Source of the DNA: Thalia democratica
Taxonomy: Eukaryota
Assembly: GCA_965202585.1 (NCBI GenBank)
Contig: OZ241832.1
Location: forward strand, 41,230,001-41,294,000
Reading direction: 5' to 3'
DNA: 64,000 nt
Shown: positions 48,349 through 61,628 of the stretch, in pieces
Position numbering within the stretch: the first letter of the stretch is position 1
Layout: each line of letters opens with the position of its first letter
The notes under the pieces: model-generated
The model's database searches: none
Told to the model about the DNA's origin: nothing
The model's input: only the letters and a program-made list of their open reading frames with translations
Made by a program: the position numbers and the translations under genes

Positions 48349-48787
48349 ATATCAGACGAAGTTTGAAATAATATATATAGTAAGAAAATAATAACTTACA
48401 TTATTATTCAAAACTATTCACAAAAAATAAAACTAAGTTTTGTAACAACACATACTTTGCAAAAAGTCAAAACTGTAATACTTTTATACAAATGGTAGAT
48501 CAACACATTTTATACCTTAACATTACACATAAACATGAACTATAAAATAAAACATCGTTTTCTTTATTAAGATCCCAGCTAGCATGACACAAAATGTTAA
48601 TATGTCTGTTAAGTCTACCTTCATAGGGGTCAAAAAAAAATATACAATAAGCATTAACAACATATACATATAATAGTTTTATTAGAAAATGTTAAAATAA
48701 AAAAGAAAAGCTTTTTAAGCTGATAAATGAGAGTTTATTTTGTCAATCTAACAAGTTCATAGTCTAAATGAGAAGTTAAAAACAAAC

Positions 48788-51700
48788 CTTGACGTTAACG
48801 TAATCGCCTACTTGCGTTTTACGTTCTGTTTTACTTGTGACATCATACAAAGTCTGATGACGTGGTAATATGACTTTAAGGTTGCCATCACAACGACCAA
48901 GCCATTCGTCGTCAGACTTGACGGACACCTTTAATGGGTAAGTTGTTTAATAGAAACACAAAAATGTCTTTTTATAAGTATTAAAAATAAATTTGTTTAA
49001 AATGCTTTAAAAATAGTTGAGTAATTAGTATTTAAAGTACTTATGGTTTGGCATAAAAACTAAGAAAAAAAATAGCATATGGAGGATATGTAATTTATCT
49101 ACCACTTTACTCTTTACCATTAAATTTCTAAAACTAAGTTTTTATTGGTTACTTCAATGAAAACTAATATGATATATAATAATAATATTGTTTCAAACAA
49201 ACACAACATTTATATTTAGTTATTAAACAATTTTTTGGTAAAGTTTTACAATAAAACAACTTATAGTGAGTAAATTTTAAAAATATCATTCTAAACTAAA
49301 ACATAGTTTTTTATGCTGAACTTATCATTTAACGGCAAACACTATAACAAAATTTTGTTAAAATTAAATTCAAAAAAGAAAACTATTTGGTACTTTAAAC
49401 TTACTTTAGACAAACTAAAGCAAAAAAACTAACTTTCTCAATTAGAACGAGTCTGTTCTGACCAACAAACTTACTGTTGGCCAGGGGTAGATTGTTTTCA
49501 TATGAATTGATCACGTCAGCAAGCCTCTGTTGCTTGACAACCTCATTAACGTCATCTTTCATTCGGTGATATGCGTGCGTTTTCTGCCAAAATATTTTTT
49601 TTTAGTAAATTTAATCTAACGAGTGTATATAAAATGACAATTCCCACCCGATCAAATCCCACCTGCGCACAAATCCCAATGATTTTTTTTTTAATTAATA
49701 TATTTTTGTTTTGTTTTCATTTGTTATTTATTTTTTATCACTGTTACCCCTAACCCTTACCCTTTGTCGGTAAGCAGTTCTCGGAGTTTACCGGGTGGGA
49801 CTTGATTGCAGGTTGTAATTGAGCGGTTTCCATATAAAATATGTGAAAAATTTAAAGGTTTCTTTTAAACTGTAAGTTAACTTAAGACTATCATATAAAA
49901 AAAATATTTAAGACTATCATATAAAAAAAATATTTAAAAAAATTTATAATAAGAAACTCATTACTGTTTTAAAATACATACTAAGATAAATTATAGTAAA
50001 CTATTCTTCAATGCTTATAAAAATTATCGCAAATTCAAAATTGAATAAAACTTAAAACCAAGAAAAAAAATATTTTCTAAACTATTTACAAGAAAAAAAC
50101 AAAAAAATAAAAACTTTAATTATTATATCTTGAAAACATATTAATAACTTTAACAATAAAAACATTACTGTTATAATTTAATATTAAGTTAATTTAAATA
50201 AATTATAAAAAGCACAAACTTGTCAATTAACGATAAAATTTAGTCTTTAAAAACTAAAATTACTATAAGTTTGAATTTTAGACGTTAATTTGTTTTACAA
50301 TATGTATTACAGTGGGCCCAAATTGCATTTAACTGGAAATAGGGAAAGAATTTTATTTAAAAAAATAATATTTGTAAATCTTTACAAATCCTAATTTATT
50401 GTAGTCTAAAATTGTATCTATTGAATTTTCAAAACTAAATTTGAAAAATTCTAGTAAAATAAAAGTTGTTGGATTTTAAGTAGTAGCGCTTATAAAAGTT
50501 TTTTGCTCTATGCATTTTTTTACTATAAATATTTTAATTTTTAAAATAAAAATTAATTAATTAAATATATATTTGAATTAATTTCGCCTTTTGTAACATA
50601 TTGTAATTGTTTAGTATATACTAAATATTAAGTTTTAGTAATAAAAAATAATTCTTTATACTAAAATTATTATGTAATGCTACTTGCACTTTCTCCTTTT
50701 TGAGAGAACTAGCGTTTGCTTTAAAACTGGTGCTTCACTTTATTTTTTGCTGATTTTTAGTTATCGTTCTAGGTTTAACAGCCATGAACAGTCAGTAAAC
50801 TTCTTACTCGCGATGTTGTATGTTTTAAGTTAGGCTGTTAAGTCATGGTATTTTGATTCGTTGTAACTTTTTTAACTATAGATTTTTATATTTGTTATTA
50901 ATATGTGCCAGCTTTTATTGATAATTTCTGTTCGCATTTATGTTCTATTCACAGATTCGATTTCAGTTAAATAATAGTATAAGTTAACAAAACACTTTAT
51001 AAACCTATTAGATGAAATAACTAAAGTAGTTTCCGAACTAACTTAAGATTGAACATTATTTAAGCGTTATAGTCAGTTATATCCAGGCCCATCTCAATAT
51101 ATAACCAAGCACATACCATAAATAGTTTTAATTCAATTTAAAAAAAATATATATTTTAGTCTGATTTTGAAAAAAAATGTTGGCTAATTCATTTTAGAAT
51201 GCCTCTTATTAAAAAATTCTGGTATGAGTTGAACATGTTTTGTTTAAGTTTTTTTAATCTGCTAGATCTGAGGATTTCAAAAATTTATTCATTTATATAT
51301 GTGCCACCCGTGCCAGAAATATGTCACTTTAAAAAGTTTACTAGAGTGTTGATATAAATACATGAAAAATACCTTTTGTAATTTTTTTTTGAACAATAAA
51401 AAAGTTTTTAATTTTAATAACTATTTATTTACCAATTCTGTAAAATATCTTTAGAAATCTATGAAAAAAGTAATGAAATAATTTGATGTTGAAGTAAGTT
51501 TTTTATTCAACCGTTAATTTTCTATTTTAAATGACATCAAAATTTGAACTAATCAAAAACCTTTCAAAACGCCTCACGCCAACTGATATAACTTTTGCTG
51601 TTGATGGAATTTTTTAGTTTAGTTTGAAGCACTAAATGCGCTAGAATTTTGGCTTTCTACCCATAAAATTCTCAAAAAAAATTCTTATTTTTTTATTTTT

Positions 51701-54700
51701 TTTTATTTTCAGTTGCGGGGCCCAATGTTAGCTAGAATATTAATTAGTTATTTTCTAAAGACTTAAATCTAGTTTAAATTTTGTAAAAAATATTTTCAAT
51801 ATTTTATTAGTTTAAACAAATTTAACAGCAAATAAACACACTAACTCCACGCATACTGTACTTGAACATAAAGGCGGAGTTGTATTTGACAATGTTCATC
51901 AGATCAACAGTCAGCCTGTGATCTTCTTCTGTTTCGCCGCAAAATCCACTGATCATGTCGGTGGAAATAGTTATGTCTGGCATGTAAGACCTAATTCTAT
52001 CCACCAGCTCCAAGTAGTCTTCTCTTGTGTGTCTTTAGATTTGATAGGTAAATTTTAAACGAACAAACAGTAAACATAATAAGCTTATTATTGATGATTT
52101 ATTAAGGAGAAGTTATGTAAAGAAAACTCTGTAAAACAGAAAAAAATGAAATAAAGGGGTTAAACCTATATTATAATATACAACTTTTTGTGTTGCAAAT
52201 GATTCTATTATAACTTAAAGTTCGAAAATAAATAAAATTACTTTACTGTAAAGAACATTACGTTATAAAGTGTAGAATAGCATTTCAAATATTAAAAGCT
52301 AATAAAAACGTTGAGATATTAAATTTACTTTTTAGAAAATAAAACAAATTACTACTGTTATACATTCTTTTGTTGTTTAAACATTATATTGGTGGTTTAT
52401 CTCAATAAAGTATAAAAGGTTAGCATTATGATTCCTGCTAATTAGTATGCTTACAACGACTAAAAAAATTCTGAGTATATATTGCAGTACCCAACACTAA
52501 TGTTACTATTACACATAAATTTAGCTTTGTGCTCAACTAATAACAAATAAGTGATTTAAACATCACAGTTTTGTTTTATGACCATCTAGTACACGTCAAT
52601 TAGTAGACAGGCCCAGAAAATTAATTAATAATACACTAAACTGAGCATAAACATACATATAAAACTAGAAAACAAAAACAAAATTATACCTTGAAGAAAT
52701 GTTTTAGTGTTTAATCTGCGTTGTTCAACAAAGATTTTATTCAAAAAAAAAACAAATTATAAGAATAGCTTCAAAGCTGCATAAAATTAGATGTTACGTA
52801 ATAATATAATAAATAAATATTTAACAAAATTATGTACACAGTACTTAAAAAAAATTTACAAAAGTGTTAAGTACTACTATTTAGCTTCTTTTATTTAGGG
52901 ATTTGTACTTACAATTCCTTTTTATTGAATAAAAACTTGATTTTTTAAATGTTTATTGAATAATAAATATACATATGATTAAAGAATGTCAATCTTTTTG
53001 TTTGAAAACATTTCATATGTAGCTTTCTGTCAATATCAAAAATTTGTACAATAAGTACTTTCAAAGTTACAAAAACTTCAATTTAAGTAAAGTTATTTTT
53101 TTCAAACTGCTAAAAAGATATTTTCTTCTGAATCTTAACTAACATAACAATTTAAAAACAAACAAGAAAATTTTTCTATTAAAGTAACAAAACTTGTGAA
53201 TTAACATACCCTCTCCTCATAGACTTCAGGACATTTGAGCTTCCACTTTGTGCAGGCAAGTGAATTTGTTTACATATGTTGTTGCGCTCTTTCATAATTT
53301 GAAGTACCTAACAAATAAATAAATATTTAAAAAAGTTAAGCATAAACAAAAACTAATAAAAGTACTACAAATTTTCAAGCTTATCTAAATTCCATTTTTT
53401 ATTCACACAAAATTTACCTAAGATATAGGGGAAAAATTATATGAAATAAACAAAAAGAAACTTCGTACAATTTATTTAAAACTTTAAATTTCAAATAAAC
53501 TAAAAGTAAAAATATTCTTTACATGTAAGCTTGTAATCAAAAAAAAATACTTCGTCAGGAAAATCCTTAGGGTGCGGAGAAGTAAATCTGATGCGCATTT
53601 CTGGGTCAACTGAAGAAATATTATCTAGAAGGTCTGCAAATCTCATTCCGCCAACTTTTTCTTTGTACAATGTTTTGAAACCTAAATATACGAATTATTG
53701 AAAGTAAATTTTGTCAATCGAAATAAATTCTATTTTTACTTCTTTTTTAAATAACTTTTAGTTGATATACATTAAACTTAAAATTAGAATCGATGTTTTT
53801 TTTATTCTTATAACTCCTTAAAGCCTAAATATCTTTTTAAACTTTTGAGCTAGGATTTTTTTACACTCAAACTAAAACTTTAAGTTAAAAATCCTGTACT
53901 GTTAACTTTTTCTTAAACCATAAATGTTATGTTACTCTTATATGTCAACTAACTTATAAAATTTACCTTTGCTAAGGTTGCTGTTAGATGCTGAGTATTG
54001 CTGCACTGAAGTATCCCGGTAGCTGTTGACGTTTTGCCCTAGCAACGTCACCTGTTTAATTCCTTGCTCTGATAAAATTCGTACCTCGTCAACAATGGAA
54101 GAAATTGGACGAGATCTCTCGCGCCCTCTTGTGAATGGAACTATGCAATAAGAGCACATGTTGTCGCATCCCCGCATTATCGACCTGTTTTGTTGTCTTT
54201 TAACTAACAACTTTTTCAAAAATTACATATATTTTATATAAAAATACAGTTTACTACAGAAAAGTACAATTTTTCTTTGAAATTTAAAAAAAAATAATAA
54301 TATCACTAGCAATTTTTTTTTCACAAAATAAAATATTTTCTTTCACATAACAAAAACTAAAGATCTTACACAAAAGCAGATTTTGATTTGCTGTCAAATC
54401 TAACCGGAACAATATCTGCATACGTTTCATCTACAGACAGCATAACATTAATTGCAGTTTTTGAATCTTCTGTTGTTTCCTCTAGCAATCTTGGTAAATC
54501 CCTTTATAAAGATTAATAAGTTGTTTGTTAATAAAACTTTTTAGTTAAAGAATTTCTGAAAACTAACATTTAATTTTGATAAAAACTTTAATTAAATGTA
54601 AAGCACTTTTTTCTGCGTTTATACTGTAATACTTCATCTTTTATTTTATCTTTAGTAGGAAATAATTTAACTGTATTAGACTTAAGGCTATTTGTTAATG

Positions 54701-56788
54701 AATTGAATTTATAGGATTGGTTAATCAACTTTTAATAGACTCCATAATGAAAGGTGAAAAGCGCAATAAGTGAAAAACCAACACTAATTTATTTAGAGTA
54801 GAAGTTTTTCAATCCTCATAAAGTCACTTATTTTTAAATTAATAATAATTGAGTAAAGACATTATAATTTGAAAAAGTGCTTTATTTAAATATGTAAAAA
54901 AATAGTCAATCAAAATATTTTACCATAACTTAAAATTTGCTGTAAACCAAAAGTTGGTTGAAAATTTGATGTCCTCTTTATTGATTTGCTTAAAGAGTCA
55001 GTGTTGAATTAGAAAAAAAAATTATTTACGACTAAAAATTCAAAATACTTTTTGTTAATTATGATTACAAACCTGTATGCATCAGGTCCAGCTATTACGT
55101 CAACTGCTTTTTCTTTGTCCAATATTTTATTTTTTAGCCTTTCAGCCATGCAACCTGGTAGCATTTTACATATCGTAATTAAACTAATTATGATTAAATA
55201 ACAATTAAATCTAATTCAAAAAATTATACGAAACTAACCAAGTATTCCTATTTTTGGATATTGCCTAGATTCGTGTCTCATTTTCAATTTCTTTAGAAAC
55301 TTTAATCTATTCCAAATTTTGTCTTCCGCTTTTTCTCTTATAGAACAAGTCACAACAAGAATAACATCTGCCTACAATTTAAAAAGGATGTAAGTCAGAT
55401 TTTATTTGCAAGTATAAAACAGCAATTACTTTGTCTAGCACTTTAATTAGTGTATTAAGTAAGTACTAAAAACAACAAATTAATCTTAAGACTATCAATT
55501 AGATAGAAGCAACTTGAAAATGAATACTATAAGTGATTTTTTTATTGGAATTTTTGACACAATATACTTGTTAGTTTTTGAAAATGGGTTAAGCATAGTA
55601 TTGTTATAAACAATGTAAATATTTTACAGCACTAAATATGTTTAAACTTTTTTATATCTATGTTCTTTATAGACATTAATTGTCAAAAAAAAAAAGAAAA
55701 TTAAATATTATATACAGTTTATTCAAAAACTTTATTTTTAATAATAAGTGTTAACAAATTTCATATAAATAATAACAATTAATTGAAAAAACAGAAACTT
55801 ATTTCATTTATTAGGTAGCTTTTAATTATATAGTTTAAAGGGTTGCCACTCTTTTCAGTCAAAAAACTATCCAAAGTGACTTTTAACTGTCCTCAATAAT
55901 GTATATTTTTTTAAATCCTTTAAATAAGTCTTAAACATTTGTTTAATAAATTTTTCAAAATCAATATAAATAAATCTTTTCAATAAAATTAGTCATAAAA
56001 TATTGAAACTGTAACAACTAAATCTCATTAAAAATATAGAAAAACAACTACTTATGATATTTTCAAAAAACCTTAAAACTATTAGAGTTTTTTTATAAAA
56101 AAAAATAGCATGAGTTATCATGAGTTAAAAAAAATAGTCAAAGTTATCCTAAGTTTTCAAAAATTTCAAACTTTCTCATCTTGAGTATTCTGAGTGTGTG
56201 GCAAGCCTAAGTTTGTTAGAAAAAAGTACAAGCTTTAATACCAATGTAAAAATTAATAAAATTCAAAATAGTTTTTTTTTAGTTTAACAATACTGTAAGC
56301 AAATACAATTTTTTGCAAGATAACTTAACTAGCAATAAATATTATTGTACGTCTATCAAAAATAAGCAAGTATACAAACTTTAAATTACTTTTGAGTAAT
56401 CTTCCGTCTTATGAAAACCAGAATTTTTCAAAATAGACCATGCATATTCAGTATCATTAACATTCATTTGACACCCATAACATTCAAAATAAACGGTTTT
56501 TCCAAATGGATATTTTTCTTTTGCTTGACTAACTTTTTCAAGATAAGGGTGATTTTCCTCTGCAACATGATTGCAATTATTTTGAATAGGTTGGGAAGCA
56601 AGAAATTCTCGGATATTTGGTATTTCTTTCAAATTTAACTTTCTGTTAGCTTGGCGAAGTTTACTTGCACTCAGCAATCTGTACTGCTTGTACAAATTAT
56701 CTTTTTTTATTAGTTTTGCATTCAAATTTCCTACTGAGAACATGCCCTGACATGTTTTGTGAAAAGTAAATGTTTTCAGGACACTCAT
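48788..56788 (-). CDS. CDK5RAP1: Mitochondrial tRNA methylthiotransferase CDK5RAP1 (MiaB family, radical SAM); terminal exon not resolved
   Basis: Phase-consistent exons 56788-56390, 55371-55239, 55154-55073, 54501-54370, 54184-53967, 53681-53551, 53307-53210, 52032-51846, 49583-49434, 48928-48788. Motifs [27 protein letters not shown] (CxxxCxxC), [25 protein letters not shown], and [13 protein letters not shown]. Confidence 0.96.
49630..49832. mobile_element. Small MITE in a CDK5RAP1 intron
   Basis: AATTCCCACC-type units at the left end and GGTGGGA/AATTGAGCGG at the right end, related to the 16432/19272 ends. Boundaries approximate. Confidence 0.45.
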
Positions 56789-57194
56789 TGTAAATTATAA
56801 AAAGCAAAAATCTGATTATAAACAAATTTATCACAATTGAAAAAATAGGCGTGTTTACAAGAATAAATAGCTGCTTTATTGATTAAACTTAACATTAGAT
56901 TTAAAGACAAAAATTAAAGAACAAGAACATATTGTAATTATACACTTCTAAAACAAATTTATTTTAATCGTATATACTGGCATTTTTGTTTAAAAAAAAA
57001 TTAAACTTACATCTTTTTTTTTTATTTAATCACTGACATTAGTAAGCGTTAAATATTCTTATGTCTAACAACTATGACTAAGATTTTAGACAGATGTTGA
57101 TATGTTTCAAAAAAAATTATATAAATGCATTAAATTTTACCAAATATGAAAACTTTGAATAACATGTAAGATACAGCAAACTTTTCTATAAATA

Positions 57195-57599
57195 CAGGGT
57201 TGCCAAAGGATTTTGAAAAGTATCTCTAGGTTTTCTGAATTTCTTCATTGTTTTTTTTAAAGACAGTTTTTTGTTCTATTTTTATTATAAAATAAACTTT
57301 AAGGTAAAAATGTCTAAAACAGCATAACAACATTAAAGAGATATTGTAACACTACTTTAAATGTGTTTTTTAGCAAAAACTTTTTTATGATGCAAAAAAA
57401 TTATCAATATAATATATTTTTTGTACCTTATTTTAATTTCATAACTTTACTAATGGAAATAGTTTAAAATTCTGGGTTTTTAGTTATTTTTGTTCGAAAT
57501 TTTAGGTTTTTCCAGGTAATTTTTTAAATTTCTCAAATTCCAATTTTTTTTTACCTAAATTGTCAAATTCCAGTTACTTCCAGGTTTTTGGCAACCCTG
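57195..57599. mobile_element. MITE with CAGGGTTGCCAAA terminal inverted repeats
   Basis: CAGGGTTGCCAAA / TTTGGCAACCCTG; TAAATA on both flanks. Confidence 0.8.
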
Positions 57600-58224
57600 T
57601 AAATAGCTATAAAAAAGATATTTTTTACTCAATTTTAGTACAATGTCTTATAAAAAAATAGTTTTTAAGATTTTTAAACCTAAGTACCTTATTTAGTAGA
57701 AAAGCTTTTTATTACATTTAAGTTTTAAAATAAAATTATTTTTACAAACTAATTTGAGTTTTTGATTACTGAAGAGTGTTAGCATGAACTGAATATAAAA
57801 TATTTAATTACTTTTAGTTTATTAATATTTAGACACTCAACTTAATCCTAATATGTGTTCTATTTTTTCAAAAAATGAAGAAATGAGAGTTTTTGTTATG
57901 CATGTAGCAAAATTGTAAAACTTTATTTTAAATTTATAAAAATTTGTCAAAACTATATAAGTACTTTATTTAAGTACTCACAATTTATTAAGGCTATTAA
58001 ACAGTTTAAATAATTTTTTCAATAAAAATTAACTAACTATTCATTATGTTAAATTAATATATATTAATATTTACACTAATTACCATTAATTTAATGTATT
58101 AAAATCTTAGCTATCAAAAAAGAAATGTAAAGATAAACATAATTCATAATATCAAAAATATTTACATGTTGAATTTAATTCAGAGAATAATATTTAAAAA
58201 ACTTTTAAAACACATAGTAATAAT

Positions 58225-58778
58225 GGATAAGAGTCTAATATGCACAAAGGGACACTTTTGCACAAAGGGTCAAATAAGCACAAAGACACTTTTGCACGCA
58301 CGGCGTCGATTTCGCACAAAGACACTTTTACATTGAATGAACAATTTCTTAAGTTTTTTCTCTCTAATTATCACTATTACCCCTAACCATTACACTTGGT
58401 CTGTAAATTAATTTTATATTTTTGGTTTTTTATTTATATTATAAAAAAAAATTCTATGTTTTTGTTTTAATTAATAATTTTTATTTTTGACTGCATAAGA
58501 GACAAGATGTACACATAAATTTTATCAGAAGATATGATAACTTAATAATCAAAACAAATAAAAGGAAACTAGACATAATCTTTTGAGCTTTTATTAGTTT
58601 TTTTTTCTATTGCTGTTTCCCTTAACCCTTACCATAAGTCAAAAACTTTTTTTTTTTTTTATCTTTTTATTTTTTACTTAGTTTTACTCTCATGCAAAAA
58701 TGTCCTTTCAGCAAAAAAGTCTTCGTGCATATTTGCCCTTTGTGCAAAAGTGTCTTTGTGCATATTTGAACCATTCCC
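58225..58778. mobile_element. Mutator-like MITE with 9-bp TSD
   Basis: AGTAATAAT duplicated at 58216-58224 and 58779-58787; inverted ends containing (T/C)AAATATGCAC; subterminal GACACTTTTGCACAAAG units. Confidence 0.8.
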
Positions 58779-58830
58779 AGTAATAATACTTTTAAGTGAT
58801 AATTGGATAAAACATATAAAAACATATAGT

Positions 58831-59523
58831 CTAACGTTGTGAACCATGATAGGTGGTCAATACTATATTAACTAAATCATTAAACTCGTCTGGTTTACAA
58901 TTATTTTCAATCCAACTTATAATAGAACCAGAGATCTCCTGGAAACTATTGGTTGAAACTTTCTGATCAAATGTAATAAACAACTGGTCCATGATGTCTT
59001 TAAAAATTGCTCCCTTCATATCATCAGAAACTTGGTTGTTGTAAACAGAAGAAGCATGCTTGTGCTGCATGACAACTTGGCTATAACTGTCTTTCATGCA
59101 TTCTAAAGCTTCTTTCTGTTTTCTTAACTTGTTTATCTCCTCTCTTTGGTTGCTGTTATAATTCTGAAACATCTCTATATGTTCTATAGTTTTCTGTAAA
59201 ACTGCAGCTTTGCTGAGTTTTTGAGTTGCACCATCTATAGTAGTTGATGAGAGTGGTAGAAGCATTTGTAGATCATTATAACCTTTTCTGATTGATTCAC
59301 GTCTCTTTTTTTCTGCTTGTGTGTGTGCTTCCCTACGTTTTTCTTGGATAATTCTTTTGTCATCAGTATCTTCTTCATCTGTGTTTGGAACAGATGAAGC
59401 CGCACTAGACGGTCCAGAAACAAACTGCTGAAGAGAAGGATTGGTATCAAAAATAAAATCACTACTTGGTAGACTGTAGTTATTATCAATCAGATCAGAA
59501 AACTTTCTTGAATTTCCAGACAT
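58831..59523 (-). CDS. MLX: Max-like protein X (bHLH-Zip partner of Mondo/ChREBP), single coding exon
   Basis: SSVPNTDEED, RREAHTQAEKKRRESIRKGY, KLSKAAVLQKTI, and C-terminal FQEISGSIISWIENNCKP. Confidence 0.93.
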   Translation of the reverse strand: MSGNSRKFSDLIDNNYSLPSSDFIFDTNPSLQQFVSGPSSAASSVPNTDEEDTDDKRIIQEKRREAHTQAEKKRRESIRKGYNDLQMLLPLSSTTIDGATQKLSKAAVLQKTIEHIEMFQNYNSNQREEINKLRKQKEALECMKDSYSQVVMQHKHASSVYNNQVSDDMKGAIFKDIMDQLFITFDQKVSTNSFQEISGSIISWIENNCKPDEFNDLVNIVLTTYHGSQR

Positions 59524-59899
59524 AGTTAAGTTTGTAAATACTTTTTTGATCTGCTTATTAGCATATAATTATTGTTAATAAAAAAAATATTTACACAAAA
59601 CAGAAAATATTCAATATTATTTTTTTATCAGAATTTATTTTAGAGCAAATTTTATAAACAAAAACTACCATGAATATATAATTTACTTATTTGTTAAAAA
59701 AAACCTATTAGAATGTTGAAGTTTTAAAGTAGTTAAGTTTCACATCTGTACATTTACTTTACAACTGTTATCAAAAAATTATTTTTATTTATTAACGTAC
59801 AACAAACCTAAAATAAAATTGAACCAATTTTATATTCAAAATTTTAACTAAAACATCAAAATTAAATTCATGTATGTTATACAAAATAAAAAATCAGTT

Positions 59900-60544
59900 T
59901 TAGTCTGTATCACTAGAATTACTACCATCATCACTAGAATCACTAGAAACATCAGAATCTTCAAACATGGTTACTGTTTTCTTTTTTTTGGAACACACTG
60001 GAGTATTTTCTTCTAACTGGCTTTTTCTTTTCATAATTTTTGCTTGTTTTAAAGCATCATCCAAAGAATCACTAATTGTTTCGTTCTGTTTATCATAATC
60101 AGGATCATTGAAAAAATGTTTTGGATTAACTAATTTTTTTTCTAAGTTTTCTACTTTTTTTCTTTCTTTTTCTTCATCATTAGCTTTCTTATTTTTCATG
60201 TACTCTTCAAACTTTTTTTCATTGTTAACATCTCTCATTCGCCTACCTGACAAATCTCTGCAAGATTCAGTATTAGTGGTTTTTTCTATTTGAGACCCCA
60301 TTGCTCTTAGCATTGAACCAAAACCTCCTTTTCCACCATTTAACTTTAAATTTGCTGTGTATGTTTTATTAATGTCTAAGCAGCAATCTTCAGAAACTGG
60401 TAATCCTTCATTAATGATGTAATAACATGATGAGTGAATCTGTTTTTCATCCTGAATGTACTGTTTAGCACTCTGCACTGAATGGCAGGAGCCATAAGGA
60501 ACTTGAACACTTAAACTTGAGGAAAACTTTATTTTAATAAACAT
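59900..60544 (-). CDS. SDE2: SDE2 homolog (ubiquitin-fold splicing/replication-stress factor), single coding exon
   Basis: LNGGKGGFGSMLRAMGSQIEKTTNTESCRDLSGRRMRDVNNEK with the GG|K cleavage site; acidic C-terminal tail. Confidence 0.93.
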   Translation of the reverse strand: MFIKIKFSSSLSVQVPYGSCHSVQSAKQYIQDEKQIHSSCYYIINEGLPVSEDCCLDINKTYTANLKLNGGKGGFGSMLRAMGSQIEKTTNTESCRDLSGRRMRDVNNEKKFEEYMKNKKANDEEKERKKVENLEKKLVNPKHFFNDPDYDKQNETISDSLDDALKQAKIMKRKSQLEENTPVCSKKKKTVTMFEDSDVSSDSSDDGSNSSDTD

Positions 60545-60770
60545 AACTTATCTTTTTATACAATTACCTGCAAAAATTATTTCAAATTTTTAGAAAATTG
60601 TTATCAAAAAAAGAAATATAGTCAATTATACTAAAATATATATTATTATACTTAAGTAATAAATAAATGTCATACTATATAATTTACCTAATGTGTTTCA
60701 GTTTTTGAATTTTGTTCCATTTCATTCTTTATTATTTTTACAACATATGATTTAAGATACAATAATGAAA

Positions 60771-61566
60771 TTTAAAAAATATAACAAAACACATTTCATT
60801 TTTTCTCAAACTTATTTGAGTACTTTTGTAGTAAGGCTTATCAAAAATTGTATCTTACTACATTAAATTGAATTGAAATTGAAATAAAATTATACTGAAG
60901 TTTAAAGTTTTAAAAAATTACGTAATAATAGAATGTAGAATTAACTAAATGCTTATACTGTAGAACTTTGCTGTACTAATAAAACTTGTTAAATTAAAAT
61001 CAAACTAAAATAAACCAAGAACAAAAATTTAAAAAAAACAAACTTGCAAATAAAATTTACGAGAAACTACTTTAAAATTACATTTACTTAATAGAAGGAT
61101 TTAAAAAGTCTAGTTTGATATACGAACTTTTTCTGTTTACATATACTGGGCCTTCAAGATTGAATGCATAGGGCTTCTATAACATGTAGCAGAAAAATTT
61201 TGTATACCAAACTAGACTTTTTAAATCCTTCTGTTAAGTAAATGTAATTTTAAAGTATAATTAGTTTCTTGTTAAGTTTTTTAAAAGTGTTGCTTTTTTT
61301 TTCATTTTTATTTTTGGTTTTTTTTAGTTTGATTTTAATCTAACAAGTTTTATTAGTACAGCAAAGTTCTACAGTATAAGCATTTAGTTAATTCTACATT
61401 CTATTATTACTTCATTTTATATTTTAAAACTTTAAACAACAGTTTAATTTTATTTCAATTTAAATTCAATTTAATTTAGTAAGATACAATTTTTGATAAT
61501 CCTTACTATAAAAGTACTCAAATAAATTTAAGAAAAAATTTAAATGTGTTTTGATACTTTTTTTAA
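60771..61566. repeat. Long imperfect inverted (foldback) repeat
   Basis: Arms at about 60771-61125 and 61190-61566 are reverse complements with scattered mismatches (e.g. TTTAAAAAGTCTAGTTTG / CAAACTAGACTTTTTAAA). Confidence 0.85.
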
Positions 61567-61628
61567 ATAAGTTATGCACCAGAAAAAAGCTGTTCAAACA
61601 ATAAAATTTGAAAAACCTGAGCTAAATA

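Noticed and set aside
47790-48747. Candidate CDK5RAP1 terminal exons (IDKINSHLSA* at 48747; ISRLQSLLKA... near 47866)
   Set aside because: The first needs a 40-nt intron and neither matches the TRAM C-terminus convincingly; left unresolved.
58370-58635. TAACCC/CCCTAA telomere-like hexamers
   Set aside because: One or two units inside MITE interiors, not an array.
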